From the NCBI RefSeq assembly GCF_009914755.1, contig NC_060927.1: 64,000 bases of DNA; one strand, written 5' to 3'. The notes beneath the pieces were generated by a model. That model was not told where the DNA came from, made no database searches, and saw nothing but the letters and a program-made list of their open reading frames with translations. Shown here piece after piece: positions 1-15,679 of the stretch. This stretch comes from the human T2T-CHM13v2.0 reference genome, Homo sapiens. How positions within the stretch are numbered: the stretch's first letter is position 1; every line of letters begins with the position of its first letter. Position numbers and translations under genes: made by a program.

Positions 1-3000
1 CACATAATTGGAAGTAAAACACTCCTCACCAAATGCAAAAGAACTGAAATTATAACAAACAGTCTCTCAGACCACAGCACAATCAAATTAGAACTCAAGA
101 TTAAGAATTTACTCAATGCAACTACATGGAAATTGAACAACCTGCTCCTGAATGACTCCTGGGTAGATAATGAAATTAAGGCAGAAATCAAGAAGTTCTT
201 TAAAACTACTAATAACAAACAGACAATGTACCAGAATCTCTGGGACACAGTTAAAGCAGTGTTAAGTGGGACATTTATAGCACTAAATGCCCACATCAAA
301 AAGCTAGAAAGATCTCAAATTGACATCCTAACATCACAACTAAAAGAACTAGAGAACCAAGAGCAATCAAACCCCAAAACTAGCAGAACACAAGAAATAA
401 CCAAGATCAGAGCTGAACTAAACTGAAGGAGATAAAGACAAAAAAAAATACTTTCAAGAAAAATTAATGAATCAATCCAGGAGCCAGTGTTTTGAAAAAA
501 ATTAATAAAATAGATAGACAGCTAGCTAGTCTAATAAAGAGGAAAAGAGAGAAGAATCAAATAAACACAATCAGAAATGACAAGGTGGATATCACCACTG
601 ATGCCACAGGAACACAAACAACCATCAGAGAATATTATAAACACCTTTATGCATATGAACTAGAAAATCTAGAAGAAATGGATAAATTTCTGGACACATA
701 CATCCTCCCAAAACTGAACTGGAAAGAAATTGAATCCCTGAATAGACCAATAATGAGTTCTGAAATTTAGGCAGTAATAAATAGCCTACCAATAAATAAA
801 AGCCTAGGACCAGAGAGATATACAGCTACATTCTACCAGAGATACAAAGAAGAGCTGGAGCCATTTCTACTGAAACTATTCCAAAAAAAATGGAAAAAAA
901 GGGACTCCTCCTTAACTCATTCTATGAGGCCAGCATTATCCTGAGACTGACATCTGGCAGAGATACAACAAAAAAAGGAAACTTCAAGCCAATAACCTTG
1001 ATAAACCTCAATGCAAAAATTATCAACAAAATATTGGCAAACCAAATCCTGCAGCACATCAAAAAGCTTAGCCACCACGACCAAGTTGCCTTCATCCCTG
1101 GGATACAAGGTTGGTTCAGCATATGCATATCAATAAATGTGATTCATCACAAAAACAAAACCAAAGACAAAAAACACATGATTATCTCAATAGACACAGA
1201 ATAGGCCTTTGATAAAATTCACATTCCTTCATGTTAAAAACTCTCAAACTAGGTATTGAATAAACATACTTCAAAATAATAAGAGCCATCTATGACAAAC
1301 CCATAGCCAATATCATACTGAATGGGCAAAAGCTGGAAGCATTCCACTTGAAAACCGGCACAAGAAAAGGATGCCCACTTTCATCACTCCTATTCAACAT
1401 AGTATTAGAAATTCTGGCCAGGCAAATCAGGCAAGAGAAAGAAAGACAGGGTATTCAAATAGGAAGAAAGGAAGTCAGATTATCTTTGTTTTTTTGAAGA
1501 TGACCTAATCCTGTATCTAGAAGACCCCACTGTCTCAGCCCAAATGCTCCTTAAACTGATATCAACTTCAGCACAGTCTCAGGATACAAAATCAATGTGC
1601 AAAAATTGCTGGTATTCCTATGCACCAAAAACAGGCAAAGAGCCAAATCATGAATGAACTTCCATTCACAACTGCCACAAAAAAATAAAATACCTAGAAA
1701 TACAGCTAACAAGGGATGTGAAGGACCTATTTAAGGGATCTACAAATCACTGCTCAAAGAAATCAGAGGACACAAATAAATGGACAAACATTCCATGCTC
1801 GTGGATAGGAAGAATCAATATTATGAAAATGGTGATACTGTCTAAAACAATTTATAGATTCAATGCTATTCCCACTAAACTACCATTGACATTCTTCACA
1901 GAATTAGAAAAAAAACTATTTTAAACTTCATATGAAACCAAAAAAGAGCCTAAATAGCCAAGGCAATCCTAAGCAAAAAGAACAAAGCTGGAAGTATCAT
2001 ACTACCCGACTTCAAACTATACTACAAGGCTACAATAACCAAAACAGCATGGTGCTGGTACAAGAACAGACACATAGACCAATGGAACAGAATAGAGGAC
2101 TCAGAAATCAGACCACACACCTAAAACCATCTGATCTTTGACAAAACTGACAAAAGCAAGCAATGAGGAAAGGAGTCTTTCCTATTCAATAAATGGTGCT
2201 GAGAGAACTGGCTAGCTATATGCAGAAAATTGAAACTGGACCCCTTTCTTACACCATATACAAAAATTAACTCAACATGAATTAAAGACTTAAATGTAAA
2301 ACCCAAAACTATAAAAACTCCAGAAGAAAATCTAGGCAATACAATTTAGGACATAGGCAATACCATTTAGGACATAGGCATGGGTAAATATTTCATGAGG
2401 AAAATGCCAAAAGCAATTGCAATAAAAGCAAAAATTGGCAAATGGAATATAATTAAACTAAAGAGCTTCTGCACAGCAAAAGAAACTATCATCAGAGTGA
2501 ACAAACAACCTACAGAATGGGAGAAAAATTTTGTAATCTATCCATTTGACAAAGGCCTAATATCCAGAGTCTACAAGTACCTTAAATTGACAAGAAAAAA
2601 ACCAAACAACCCCATTAAAAAGTGGGCAACAGACATGAACAGACACCTCTCAAAAGAAGACATACATGTGGCCAAAAAACACATGAAAAAAAAGCTCAAT
2701 ATCACTGATCATTAGAGAAATGCAAATCAAAACCACAATGAGATACATCTTATGCAAGTCAGAATGGCTATTAAAAGGTCAAAATACAACAGATGCTGAT
2801 GAGGTTGCAGAGAAAAGAGAATGCTTTTGCACTGTTAGTGTGAGTGGAAATTAGTTCAACCATTGTGGAAGAGTGTGGGGATTTCCCAAGGACCTAGAAG
2901 CAGAAATACCATTTGACCTAGCAATTTTATTACTGGGTATATACCCAAAGGAATATAAATCATTCTTTAATAAGATACATGCATCCATATGTTCTTTGCA

Positions 3001-3435
3001 GCACTATTCACAATAGCAAAGACATAGAATTAACCTAAATGCCCACCAATGACAGACTGGATATAGAAAATGTGATACATATACACCATGGAATACTATA
3101 CAGCCATAAAAAGAATGAGATCATGTCCTCTGTAGGGACATGGATGGAGCTGGAAGACATTATCCTCAGCAAACTAACTCAGGGACAGAAAACCAAATAC
3201 TGCATGTTTTCATTTATAAGTGAGAGATGAATGATGAAAACACATCGACACAAGGGGTAACAACACAAACTGGGTCCTGTCAGGGATGGATATCCTCAGG
3301 AAGAATAGCTAATGGATGCTGGGCTTAATACCTAGGTGAGGGGATGATCTGTGTAGCAAACCACCATGGCACATGTTTACCTATGTAACAAACCCACACA
3401 TCCCGCAAATGCACCCCTGAACTTAAAAGCTGAGG
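1..3435 (+). mobile_element. Decayed LINE-1 (older L1PA, about PA10-13): ORF2 and 3'UTR, runs off the window start
   Basis: Broken ORF2 peptides ([41 protein letters not shown]); 3'UTR ...AACCACCATGGCACATGTTTACCTATGTAAC...CTGAACTTAAAAG. Confidence 0.9.
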
Positions 3436-6400
3436 GGAAACAATTGGGTTATAAGATATTATTTGCAAGCATCATAGTAACTTCTAGTCAAAAGACATAC
3501 AACAGATACACAGAAAATGTAAAGCAAGAAATTAAAACAGGCCATCAGAGAAAATCACCTTCACTAAAAAGAAGACAGGAAGAAAGAAGGAAGACAAGAC
3601 CACAAAACATCCAGAAAACAGATAACAAAGTGGCAGAAGTAAGTTCCTACTTACCAATAAGAACATTGGCGGTAAATGGACTAAACTCTCCAATCAAAAG
3701 ACAGAGTGCCTGAATGGAATCTTTTAAAAGCAAGACCTAACAATCTGTTGCCTAGAAGAAACACATTTTACATATAAAGACACACATAGACTAAAATATA
3801 AAGGGATGGAAAAAGATATTTCATGCCAATGGAAACCAAAACAGAAAAGGAATAGCTACACTTATATCAGAGAAAATAGATTTCAGGACAAAAACTGTAA
3901 AAAGTTACAAAGAAGGTTATAATATAATGATAAAGAGGTCAATTTAGAAAGATGATATAACAATTGTAACTATATATGCACCCAACACTAAAGCACCCAG
4001 ACATAGAAACTGGGTATAGAAGGAACATACCTCAACATAGTAAAAGCCATATACAACAGACCTATAACTAGTATCATACTGAATAAGGAAAAACCAAAAG
4101 AATTTCTTTTAAGATCTAAAGCAAGACAAGGATGCCCACTTTCGCCTCTGTTATTCAACACAGCACTAAAAGTCTTAGCTGGAGCAATCAGACAAGAGAA
4201 AGAAATAAAGAGCATCCAAATTGAAAAGGAAGAAGTAAAACTATCCTTGTTTGTAGATGATATAATCTTATATTTGAAAAAACCTAAAGAGTCCACAAAA
4301 AAACTGTTAGATCTCATAAACAAATTTAGTAAAATTCTAGGATACAAAATCAATATATAAAAATCCGCAGCATTTCTATATGCCAACAGCGAACAATCTG
4401 AAAAAGAAATCAATAAAGTAATTCCATTTACAATAGCTATAAATGAAATTAAATACATAGGAAGTAACTTAACCAAAGAAGTAAAAGAGCTCTATAATGA
4501 AAACTACAAAACATTTATTGAAGAAAGTGAAGAGGAGACAAAAGATGGAAAGGTATTCCATATTCATGAACTGAAAGAGTCAATATATTGTTAAAATGTC
4601 CATACTTCCCAAAGCAATCTACAGATCTAATGCAACCCTTATCAAGATACCAATAACATTTTTCACAGAAATAGAAAAAGAATCATCCAAAAATTTATAT
4701 GAAACCAAAAAAGACCCAGAATAGCCAAAGCTGTCCTGAGCAAAATGAACAAAACTAGAAAAATCATATTGCCTGATTTCAAATTGTAACACAGAGCTAT
4801 AGTAACCAAAACAGTATGGTACTGACATAAAACAGAGACCAATGAAACAGAAAATAATCCACATACTTACAGTGAACTCACTTTCAAAAAAGGTGCCAAG
4901 AATGTACACTGGAGAAAAGACAGTCTTTTCAATAAATGGTGCCAGAAAACTGAATATCTTTATGCAGAAAAATGAAACTAGACCCCTATCTCTCGCCATA
5001 TAGAAAAATCAAATTAAAATCAATTAGAGACTTAAATCTAAGACATCAAACTATGAAACTCCTACAAGACAACATTGGGGAAGCTCTCCAGGACATTGTT
5101 CTGGGCAAAAATTTCTTAAGGAATACCCCACAAGCAGAGGAAACCAAGGCAAAACTGAACAAATGGGATCACATCAAGTTATAAACCTTCTGCACACCAA
5201 AGGAAACAATTAACAAAGTGAAGAGATAACCCACAGAATAAGAGAGAATATTTGCAAATTATTTATCTGATAAGGGATTAATAACCAGAATATATAAGGA
5301 GCTCAAACAACATCTATAGGAAAACATCTAATACTGCAATTTAAAAATGGGCAAAAGGGGATCATGGCAGATGGGAGGCAAAACTAAACTGTAGCTCCAC
5401 TCAGACGAACAGAGGAGCTTGTGGAGTCTCACATTATGAACTCTTACTCCAGAACCACCGCACAAGTAAGTCAGGAAAGCTGAGGGAACCCACATATCCA
5501 TGGAAGAAAGCAGATTGCTCCTGCAGGACCCAGGAGACAGCCCAAATGCTATGCTGTTATCCATGGCTGAGAGACCCACAGACGCTTCACATCACAGGAC
5601 TCTGTGCAGACAACCCCCAGTAGCAACCCGGAGCCTGGTAAACCTGCTGGGTGGCTAGATTTAAAAGAGAGATAACAATCACTACAGCTTGGCTCTCAGG
5701 AAGCCACATCCCTAGGAAAATGGGCAGAGTACTACATCAAGGGAACACCGTGTGGGACAAAAGAATTTGAACAACAGCCTTGAGCCCTAGACATTCCCTC
5801 TGACAGAGCCCACCCAAATAAGAAGGAACAGAAAACCAACTCTGGTAATATGACAAAACAAGGCTCATTAACACCCCCCAAAAATCACACTAGCTCACTG
5901 GCAACGGATCCAAACCAAGAAAAAAATCCCTGATTTACCTGAAAAAGAATTGAGAAGGGCAGTTATTAAGCTAATCAAGGAGGCACCAGAGAAAGACAAA
6001 GCCCAATTTAAGGAAGTTGAAAAAAATGATACAAGAAATGAAGGGAGAAATCTTCAATGAAATAAATAACATAGATAAAAAGCAATCAAAACTTCAGAAA
6101 AAATGGATGCACTTATTGCAATGCAAAATGCTCTGGAAAGCCTCAGCAATAGAATCAAACAAGCAGAAGAAAGAACTTAAGAACTCAAAAACAAAGTTTT
6201 CAAATTAACCCAATCCAACAAAGACAAAGGAAAAAAAATAAGAAAATACCAACAAAGCCTCCAAGAAGTCTAGCATTATGTTAACCTAACAAGAATTATT
6301 ATTCTTAGGAAGAAGAGAAATATTCCTGAGAAAGAAGAGAAATCTGAAAGTTTGGAAAACATATTTGGGGAAATAATCAAGAAAAACTTCCCTGGCCTTG

Positions 6401-6951
6401 CTAGAGATCTAGATATCTAACTACAAGAAGCTCAAAGAACACCTGGAAAATTCACCGCAAAGAGATCATTGCCTAGGCACAATGTCATCAGGTTATCTAA
6501 AGTTGAGAGAAAGAAAGGAATCTTAAGAGCTGTGAGGCAAAAGCACTGGAAAACCTATCAGATTAACAGCAGATTTCTCAGCAGAAATCCTACAAGTCAG
6601 AAAGGAATGGGGCATGATCAGCTTCCTTAAACAAAACAGGTATCAGCCAAGAATTTTGTATCCAGTGACACTAACCTTCATTAATGAAGAAAAGATACAG
6701 TCTTTTTCAGACAAATGCTGAAAGAATTCACCACTACCAAGCCAGCACTACAAGAACTGCTAAAAGGAGCTCTAAATCTTGAAACAAATCCTGGAAACAC
6801 ATCAAAACAGAGCCTTTTTAAAGCATAAATCTCAAAGAAACCATTAAAAAATACAATAAATGTATTCCAATGAATGGAATAGTACCTTCCATCTCACTAC
6901 TAACATTGAATGTAAATGGCCTAAATGCTCCACCTAAAAAATACATAATTG

Positions 6952-7331
<380 letters not shown>

Positions 7332-10300
7332 TTAAGGTAAAGGAGTGGAAAAAGATAGTCCATGCAAATGGACATAAAAAATGAGCAGGAGTAGCTATTC
7401 TTATATCAGACAAAACAAACTTTAAAGCAACAGCAGTTAAAGACAAAGAGGGACATTATGTAATGGTAAAAGGCCTTGTTCAACCGGAAAATACCACAAT
7501 CCTAAATATATATGCACCTAACACTGGAGCTCCAAAATTTATAAAACAATTACTACTAGACCTAAGAAATGAGATAGACAGCAACACAATAATAGTGGGG
7601 GACTTCAATACTCCACTGACAGCAGTAGACAGGTCATCAAGACAGAAAGCCAAAAAAGAAACAATGGACTTAAACTATACCCTAGAACAAATGGACTTAA
7701 CAGATATTTATACAACATTTTAACGAAAAACCATAGAATATATATTCTATTCGTCAGTACATGGAACTTTCTCCAAGACAGACCATATAATAGGCCACAA
7801 AATGAGCCTCAATAAATTTAAGAAAATTAAAATTATATCCAGCACTCTCTCAGACCACAGTGGAAGAAAACTGCAAATCAACTCCAAAAGGAACCTTCAA
7901 AACCATGCAAATACATTGAAATTAAATAAACTGCTCCTAAATGATCATTGGATCAAAAATGAAATCAAGATGGAAATTTAAAAATTTCTTTGATCTGACT
8001 GAATGACAATAGTAACACAACCTATCAAAACCTCTGGGATACAGCAAAGGCAGTGCTAAGAGGAAAGTTCATAGCCCTAAATGCCTTCAAGAGACACAAA
8101 AAGTCTGAAAGAGCACAAATAGACAATCTAAGGTTACACCTCAAGAAACTAGAGAAACAAGAACAAATCAAACCCAAACCCAGCAGAAGAAAGGAAATAA
8201 CACAGATCAGAGCAGAACTAAATGAAATTGAAACAAAAAACTTACAAAAGATAAATAAAACAAAAAGCTGGTGCTTGGAAAAGATAAATAAAATTGATGG
8301 ACAATTAGCAAGATTAACCAAGAAGAGAGAAACTCCAAATAAGCTCAATAAGAAATGAAATAGGAGATATTACAACTGACACTACTGAAGTACAAAAGAT
8401 CATTCAGGGCTACTATGAACACCTTTACACACATAAACTAGAAAACCTAAAGGAGATGGATAAGTTTCTGGAAAGCTACAACCCTCCTGAATCAGTAAGA
8501 ATTAGATACTGTGAACAGACCAATAACAAGCAGGGAGATTGAAACAGTAATTTTAAAATTACCAACAAAAAAAGTCCAGCACCAGACAGACTCATGGCTG
8601 AATTCTATCAGACATTCAAAGAAGAATTGGTACGAATCCTATTGACACTATTCCATAAGATAAAGAGGGAATCCTCCCTAAATCATTCTATGAAGCCAGT
8701 ATTATCCCAATACCAAAACCAGGAAAGGACTTAACCAAAAAAAGAAAACTATAGCCCAATATCCCTGATGAACATAGATGCAAACATCCTTAACAAAATA
8801 CTAGCTAACCGAATCCAACAACATATCAAAAAGATAATCCACCATGATCAAATGGGTTCCATACCAGGGATGCCGAGATGATTTAACACATGCAAGTTAA
8901 TAAATGTGATCTACCACATAAGCAGAATTAAAAACAAAAATCACATGAACATCTCAATAAGTGCAGAAAAAGCATTCAACAAAATCCACCACGCTTTTAT
9001 GATTAAAATTCAGCAAAATCAGCATATTAAGGGACATATCTCAATGTAATAAAAGCCATCTATGACAAACCTACAGCCAATATAATACTGAATGGGAAAA
9101 AGTTGAAAGCGTTCCCTCTGGGAAGTGGAATAGGACAAGGATGCCCACTCTCACCACTTCTATTCAACACAGTACTGGAAGTCCTAGCCAGAGCCATCAG
9201 ACAAGAGAAAGAAAGGGCACCCAAACCAATAAAGAGGAAGTCAAACTGTTGCTGCTTGCTGATGATATGATTCTATACCTAGAAACCCTAAAGACTCCTC
9301 CAAAAAGCTCCTAGAGCTGATTTAAAAAAAATTCAGCAAAGTTTTTGGATGCAAAATTAACATACACAAATTGGTAGCTCTCTTATAAGCAAATGGTGAT
9401 CAAGTGGAGAATGAAATCAAGAACTCAACCCCTTTTATAATGGCTACAAAAAATAAAACAAAATACTTAGGAATATACCTAACCTAGGAGGTGAAAGACC
9501 TCTACAAGGAAAACTACAAGACACTGCTGAAAGAAATCATAGACAACACAAACAAATGCAAACACATTCCATGCTCATGGATGGGTAGAATCAATATTGT
9601 GAAAATGACCATACTGCCAAAAGCAATCCACAAATTCAACACAATTCCCACCAAAATACCACCATCATTCTTCACAGAACTAGAAAAAATAATCCTAAAA
9701 TTCATTTGGAACCAAAAAAGAGCCTGCATCATCAAAGTAAGACTAAGCAAAAAGAACAAATCTGGAAGGATCACATTACCCGACTTCAAACTACACCATA
9801 AGGCCATGTCACCAAAACAGCATGGTACTGGTATAAAAATAGGCACACAGACCAATGGAATAGAATAGAGAATGCAGAAACAAAGCCAAATACTTACAGC
9901 CAACTGATATTTGACAAAGCAAACAAAAACAAAGTGGGGAAAGAACACCTTATTCAACACATGGTGCTGGGATAATTGGCAAGCCACATGTAGAAGAATG
10001 AAACTTGATCATCTCTCACCTTTTGCAAAAGTCAACTGAAGATGGATCACAGACTTAAATCTAAGACATAAAACTGTAAAAATTCTAGAAGATAGCATCA
10101 GAAAAACCCTTCTAGACATTGGCTTAGGCAAGGATTTAATGACCAAGATCCCAAAAGCAAACGCAATAAAAACAAACATAAATAGCTGTGACTTAATTAA
10201 ACTAAAGAGCTTTTGCATGGCAAAAGGAACCATCAGCAGAGTAACAGACAACTCACAGATGGGGAGAAAATCTTCACAATCTATACGTCCAACAAAGAAC

Positions 10301-10831
10301 TAATATCCAGAATCTACAATGAACTCAAATTAGCAAGAAAAAAAAAATCATCAAAAAGTGGGCTAAGGACATGAATAGACAATTCTCAAAAGAAGATTTA
10401 CAAACTACCAACAAACATATGAAAAAAAATGCTCAACATCACTAATGATCAGGGAAATGCAAATCAAAACCACAATGCTATACCACCTTACTCTTGCAAG
10501 AATGGCCATAATAAAAAAATAATAGATGCTGGCTTGGATGCAGTCAACAGGAAACACTTCTACACTGCTGGTGGGAATTTAAACTAGCACAAAATCACTA
10601 TGGAAAACAGTGTGGAGATTCCTTAAAGAACTAAAAGTAGAACTACTACAAAAGCAATCCCACTACTGGGTATCTACCCAGAGGAAAATAAGTATAAGGA
10701 AAATTTCGTATAAGGAAAATTATACGAAAAAGATATTTGCATATGCATGTTTACAGCAGCACAATTCACAATAGCAAAAGTGTGAAACCAACCCAAATGC
10801 CTATCAATCAATGAGTGGATGAAGAAACTGT

Positions 10832-10833
<2 letters not shown>

Positions 10834-10880
<47 letters not shown>
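10834..10880. repeat. (TA)n microsatellite
   Basis: Uninterrupted TA run of ~47 nt. Confidence 0.95.
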
Positions 10881-10882
<2 letters not shown>

Positions 10883-12878
10883 CGAAATACTACTCAGTCA
10901 TAAAAGGAATGAATTAATAGCATTTGCAGCAACCTGGATGAAACTGGAGAATATTATTCTAAGTGAAGTGACTCAGAAATGGAAAACCAAACATTGTATG
11001 TTCTCACTGATAAGTGGGAGCTAAGCTATGAGGATGCAAAAGGCATAAAAATGACACAATGGACTTTGGGGACTCAGAGGAAAAAGGTGGGAAGGGGATG
11101 AGGGATAAAAGATTACCAACTGCATGTACTGTATTCTTTTCGGGTGATGGGTGAAACAAAATCTCACAAATCACCACTAAAGAACTTACTCATGTAACCA
11201 AACACCACCTGTTCCCCAATAACCTGTGAAAATAAAAAAATTAAAAATTAAATAAAATTAACAAAATTTTAAAAATAAATAAAATGGGCAAAAGATCTGA
11301 ATAGACATTTCTCAAACGACATATAAATGGCAAACAGGTATATGGAAGGGTGCTCCACATCATTGATCATCAGAGAAATGCAAATCAAAAGTACAATGAT
11401 ATATCATCTCACCTCAGGTAAAAATGCTTTTATCCAAAAGACAGACAATAACAAATGCTGGCGAGGATGTGGAGAAAAGGTAATCCTTATACATTGTTGG
11501 AGGAAATGTAAATTAATACAACCACTATGAAGAAAAGTTTAGAGATTCCTCAAAAAACTAAAAATAGAGCTACCATATGATCCAGCAATCCCACTGCTAG
11601 GTATATACCCCAAAGAAAGGAAATCAGTATATTTAAGAGACATCTCACTCTCATATTTGTCGCAGCACTATTCACAATAGCCAAGATTTAGAAGCAAACT
11701 AAGTGTCCATCAACAGATGAAGGGATATAGAAAATAAGGTACATATACAAAATGCAGTACTATTCAGCCATAAAAATAATGAGATCCTGTCTTTTGCAAC
11801 AATACAGAAGGTACTGGAAGCCAATATGTTAAGTGAAATTCGCCAAGCACAGAAAGACAAACTTCTCATTTTCTCACTTATTCAAAAGAGCTAAAAATTA
11901 AAAACAATTGACTCATGGAGATAGAGAGTAGAAAGAAGGTTACCAGGGTCTGGGAAGGGTAGTGGAGTGGGGGGAAATGGGGATGATTAATGGACACAAA
12001 AATATAGGTAGGTAGAATGAATAATATCTACTCTTTGATAGCATAATAGGGTGATCACAGTCCATAATAATTTATTGTACATTTAAAAATAACTTAAAAA
12101 GTATGATTGGAGTCCTTGCTTGTAACACAAAGAAAGGATAAATACTTGAGGTGATGGATACTCCATTTATCCTATTATTATTATGTACTGTCCTATTATT
12201 ATTATGCACTGTATGTATCAAAATATCTCATGTACCCCATGAATGTATACATCTATTATGTACCCACAAAAATTAAAGACAAAAAAAAAAGAAGTAATGG
12301 AAGCCAGGGGGAAATGGAATGACATATGCAGAGTGCTGAAAAAAAATAACTGTCAACCAAGAACTTTATGTCCATCAAAACTTTCCTTCAAAAATGAAGG
12401 AAAAATTTTAAGACATCCAAAATAAGCAAAACCTGAATTTATTGTAAGCAGGTCAGCCATAAAAAAATACTAAAGGGAATTCTTCAGGCTGATAAAAAAA
12501 GGATACCAAACAGTAACTTAAATCCAAATATTTAAAGAAAAATTAACACCAATCCTTCACAAACCCTTCAAAAAATTAAAGGAAGATAAACACTTGATAA
12601 CTCATTTTATGAGGTCAGCATTATCTTGATACCAAACCAAAGACATCACAAGAAAGTAAAACTGCAGACCAATAACCTTTATGAATATAAATATAAAATT
12701 TCTCAACAGACTCAGTCCAAAAAATTCCTTAAGCTGATATACTTCAGCAAAGTCTCAGGATACAAAATCAATGCACAAAAATCACAAGCATTCCTATATA
12801 CCAATAATAGAAAAGCAGAGAGCCAAATCATGAGTGAACTCCCATTCACAATTGCTACAAAGAAAATAAAATACGGTC

Positions 12879-13388
<510 letters not shown>

Positions 13389-14944
13389 CTACCATTGACT
13401 TTCTTCACAGAACTAGAAAAAAACTACTTTAAATTTCATATGGAACCAAAAAGCCCATATAGCCGAGACAATCCTAAGCAAAAAGAACAAATCTGGAGGC
13501 ATCATGCTACCTGACTTCAAACTACACTACAAGGCTACAGGAACCAAAACAGCATGGTACTGGTAGCAAAACAGATATATAGACCAATGGAACAGAACAG
13601 AGACCCCAGAAATAACATCACACATCTACAACCACCTGATCTTCAACAAACCTGGCAAAAACAAGCAATGGGGAAAGGATTCCCTATTTAATAAATGGTT
13701 CTGGGAAAATTGGCTTGCCATATGTAGAAAACAGAACCTGGACCCCTTCCTTACACCTTCTACAAAAATTAACATGAGATGGATTAAAGACTTAAACATA
13801 AAACCTAAAACCATAAAAACCCTAGAAGAAAACCTAGGCAGTACCATTCAGGACATAGGCATGGGCAAAGACCCATGACTAAAACACCAAAAGCAATTGC
13901 AACAAAAGCCAAAATTGACAAATGGGATCTAATTAAACTAAAGAGTTTCTGCTCAGCAAAAGAAACTAGCATTAGAGTGAACAGGCAACCTACAGAATGG
14001 GAGAAAATTTTTGCAATCTATCCATCTGACAAAGGTCTAATATCCAGAGTCTACAAGGAACTTAAACAAATTTACAAGAAGAAAACAACCCCATCAAAAA
14101 GTGGGCAAAGGATATGAACAGACACTTCCCAAAAGAAGACATTTATGCGGCCAACAAACATATGAAAAAAAGGTCATTATCACTGGTCATTAGAGTAATG
14201 CAAATCAAGACCATAATGAGATACCATCTCATACCAATTAGAACGGCGATCATTAAGAAGTCTGGAAACAATAGATCCTGGTGAGGATGTGGAGAAACAG
14301 GAGCGCTTTTACACTGTTGGTAGGAGTGTAAATTACTTCAACCATTGTGGAAGAAAGTGTGGCAATTCCTCAAGGATCTAGAATCAAATACCATTTGACC
14401 CAGCAATCCCATTACTGGGTATATACCCAAAGGATTATAAATCATTCTACTATAAAGAACATGCACACGTATGTTTATTGCAGCACTATTTACAATAGCA
14501 AAGACTTGGAGCCAACCCAAATGCCCATCAATGACAGACTGGATAAAGAAAATGTGGCACATATACAATATGGAATACTATGCAGCCATTAAAAAGAAGG
14601 AGTTCATGTCCTTTGCAGGGACATGGATGAACCTGGAAACCATCATCGTCAGCAAATTAACACAGGAACAGAAAACCAAATACTGCACGTTCTCACTCAC
14701 AAGTGGGAGTTGAACACAGGGAAGGGAACATCACACACCAGAGCCTGTAGCGGGGTGAGGGGAAAGGGGAAGGAGAGCATTAGGACAAATACCTAATGTA
14801 TGTGGGCTTAAAACGTAGATGATGGGTTAATAGGTGCAGCAAACCACCATGGCACATGTATAGCTATGTAACAAACCTGCACATTCAGCACATGTATCCC
14901 AGAACTTAAAGTTAAATTTTTTAAAAAAAGAGAAACCAATTTTT

Positions 14945-15679
14945 CTTATTTTTATTATACTTTAAGTTTTAAGGTACATATGCACAACGTGCAGGTTAGT
15001 TACATATGCATACATATGCCATGTTGGTGTGCTACACCCATTAACTCATCATTTAACATTAGGTATATCTCCTAACACTATCCCTCCCCACTCCCCCCAC
15101 CCCACAACAGGCCCCGGTGTGTGATGTTCCCCTTCCTGTGTCCATGTGTTCTCATTGTTCAATTCCCACCTATGAGTGAGAACATGCGGTGTTTGGTTTT
15201 TTGTCCTTGCGATAGTTTGCTGAGAATGATGGTTTCCAGCTTCATCCATGTCCCTACAAAGGACATGAACTCATCATTTTTTATGGCTGCATACTATTCC
15301 ATGATGTATATGTGCCACATTTTCTTAATCCAGTCTATCATTGTTGGACATTTGGCTTGGTTCCAAGTCTTTGCTATTGTGAATAGTGCCACAGTAAATA
15401 TATGTGCACATGTGTCTTTATAGCAGCATGATTTATAATCCTTTGGGTATATACCCAGTAATGGGATTGCTGGGTCAAATGGTATTCCTAGTTCTAGATC
15501 CCTGAGGAATCACCACACTGACTTCCACAATGGTTGAACTAGTTTACAGTCCCACCAACAGTGTAAAAGTGTTCCTATTTCTCCACATCCTCTCCAGCAC
15601 CTGTTGTTTCCTGACTTTTTAATGATCACCATTCTAACTGGTGAGAGATGGTATCTCATTGTGGTTTTGATTTGCATTT
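14945..15679 (-). mobile_element. 5'-truncated young L1PA (about L1PA3) 3' end, antisense
   Basis: Reverse complement of the L1PA 3'UTR and ORF2 end; 17-bp TSD AAGAGAAACCAATTTTT at 14928-14944 and 15680-15696. Confidence 0.9.
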
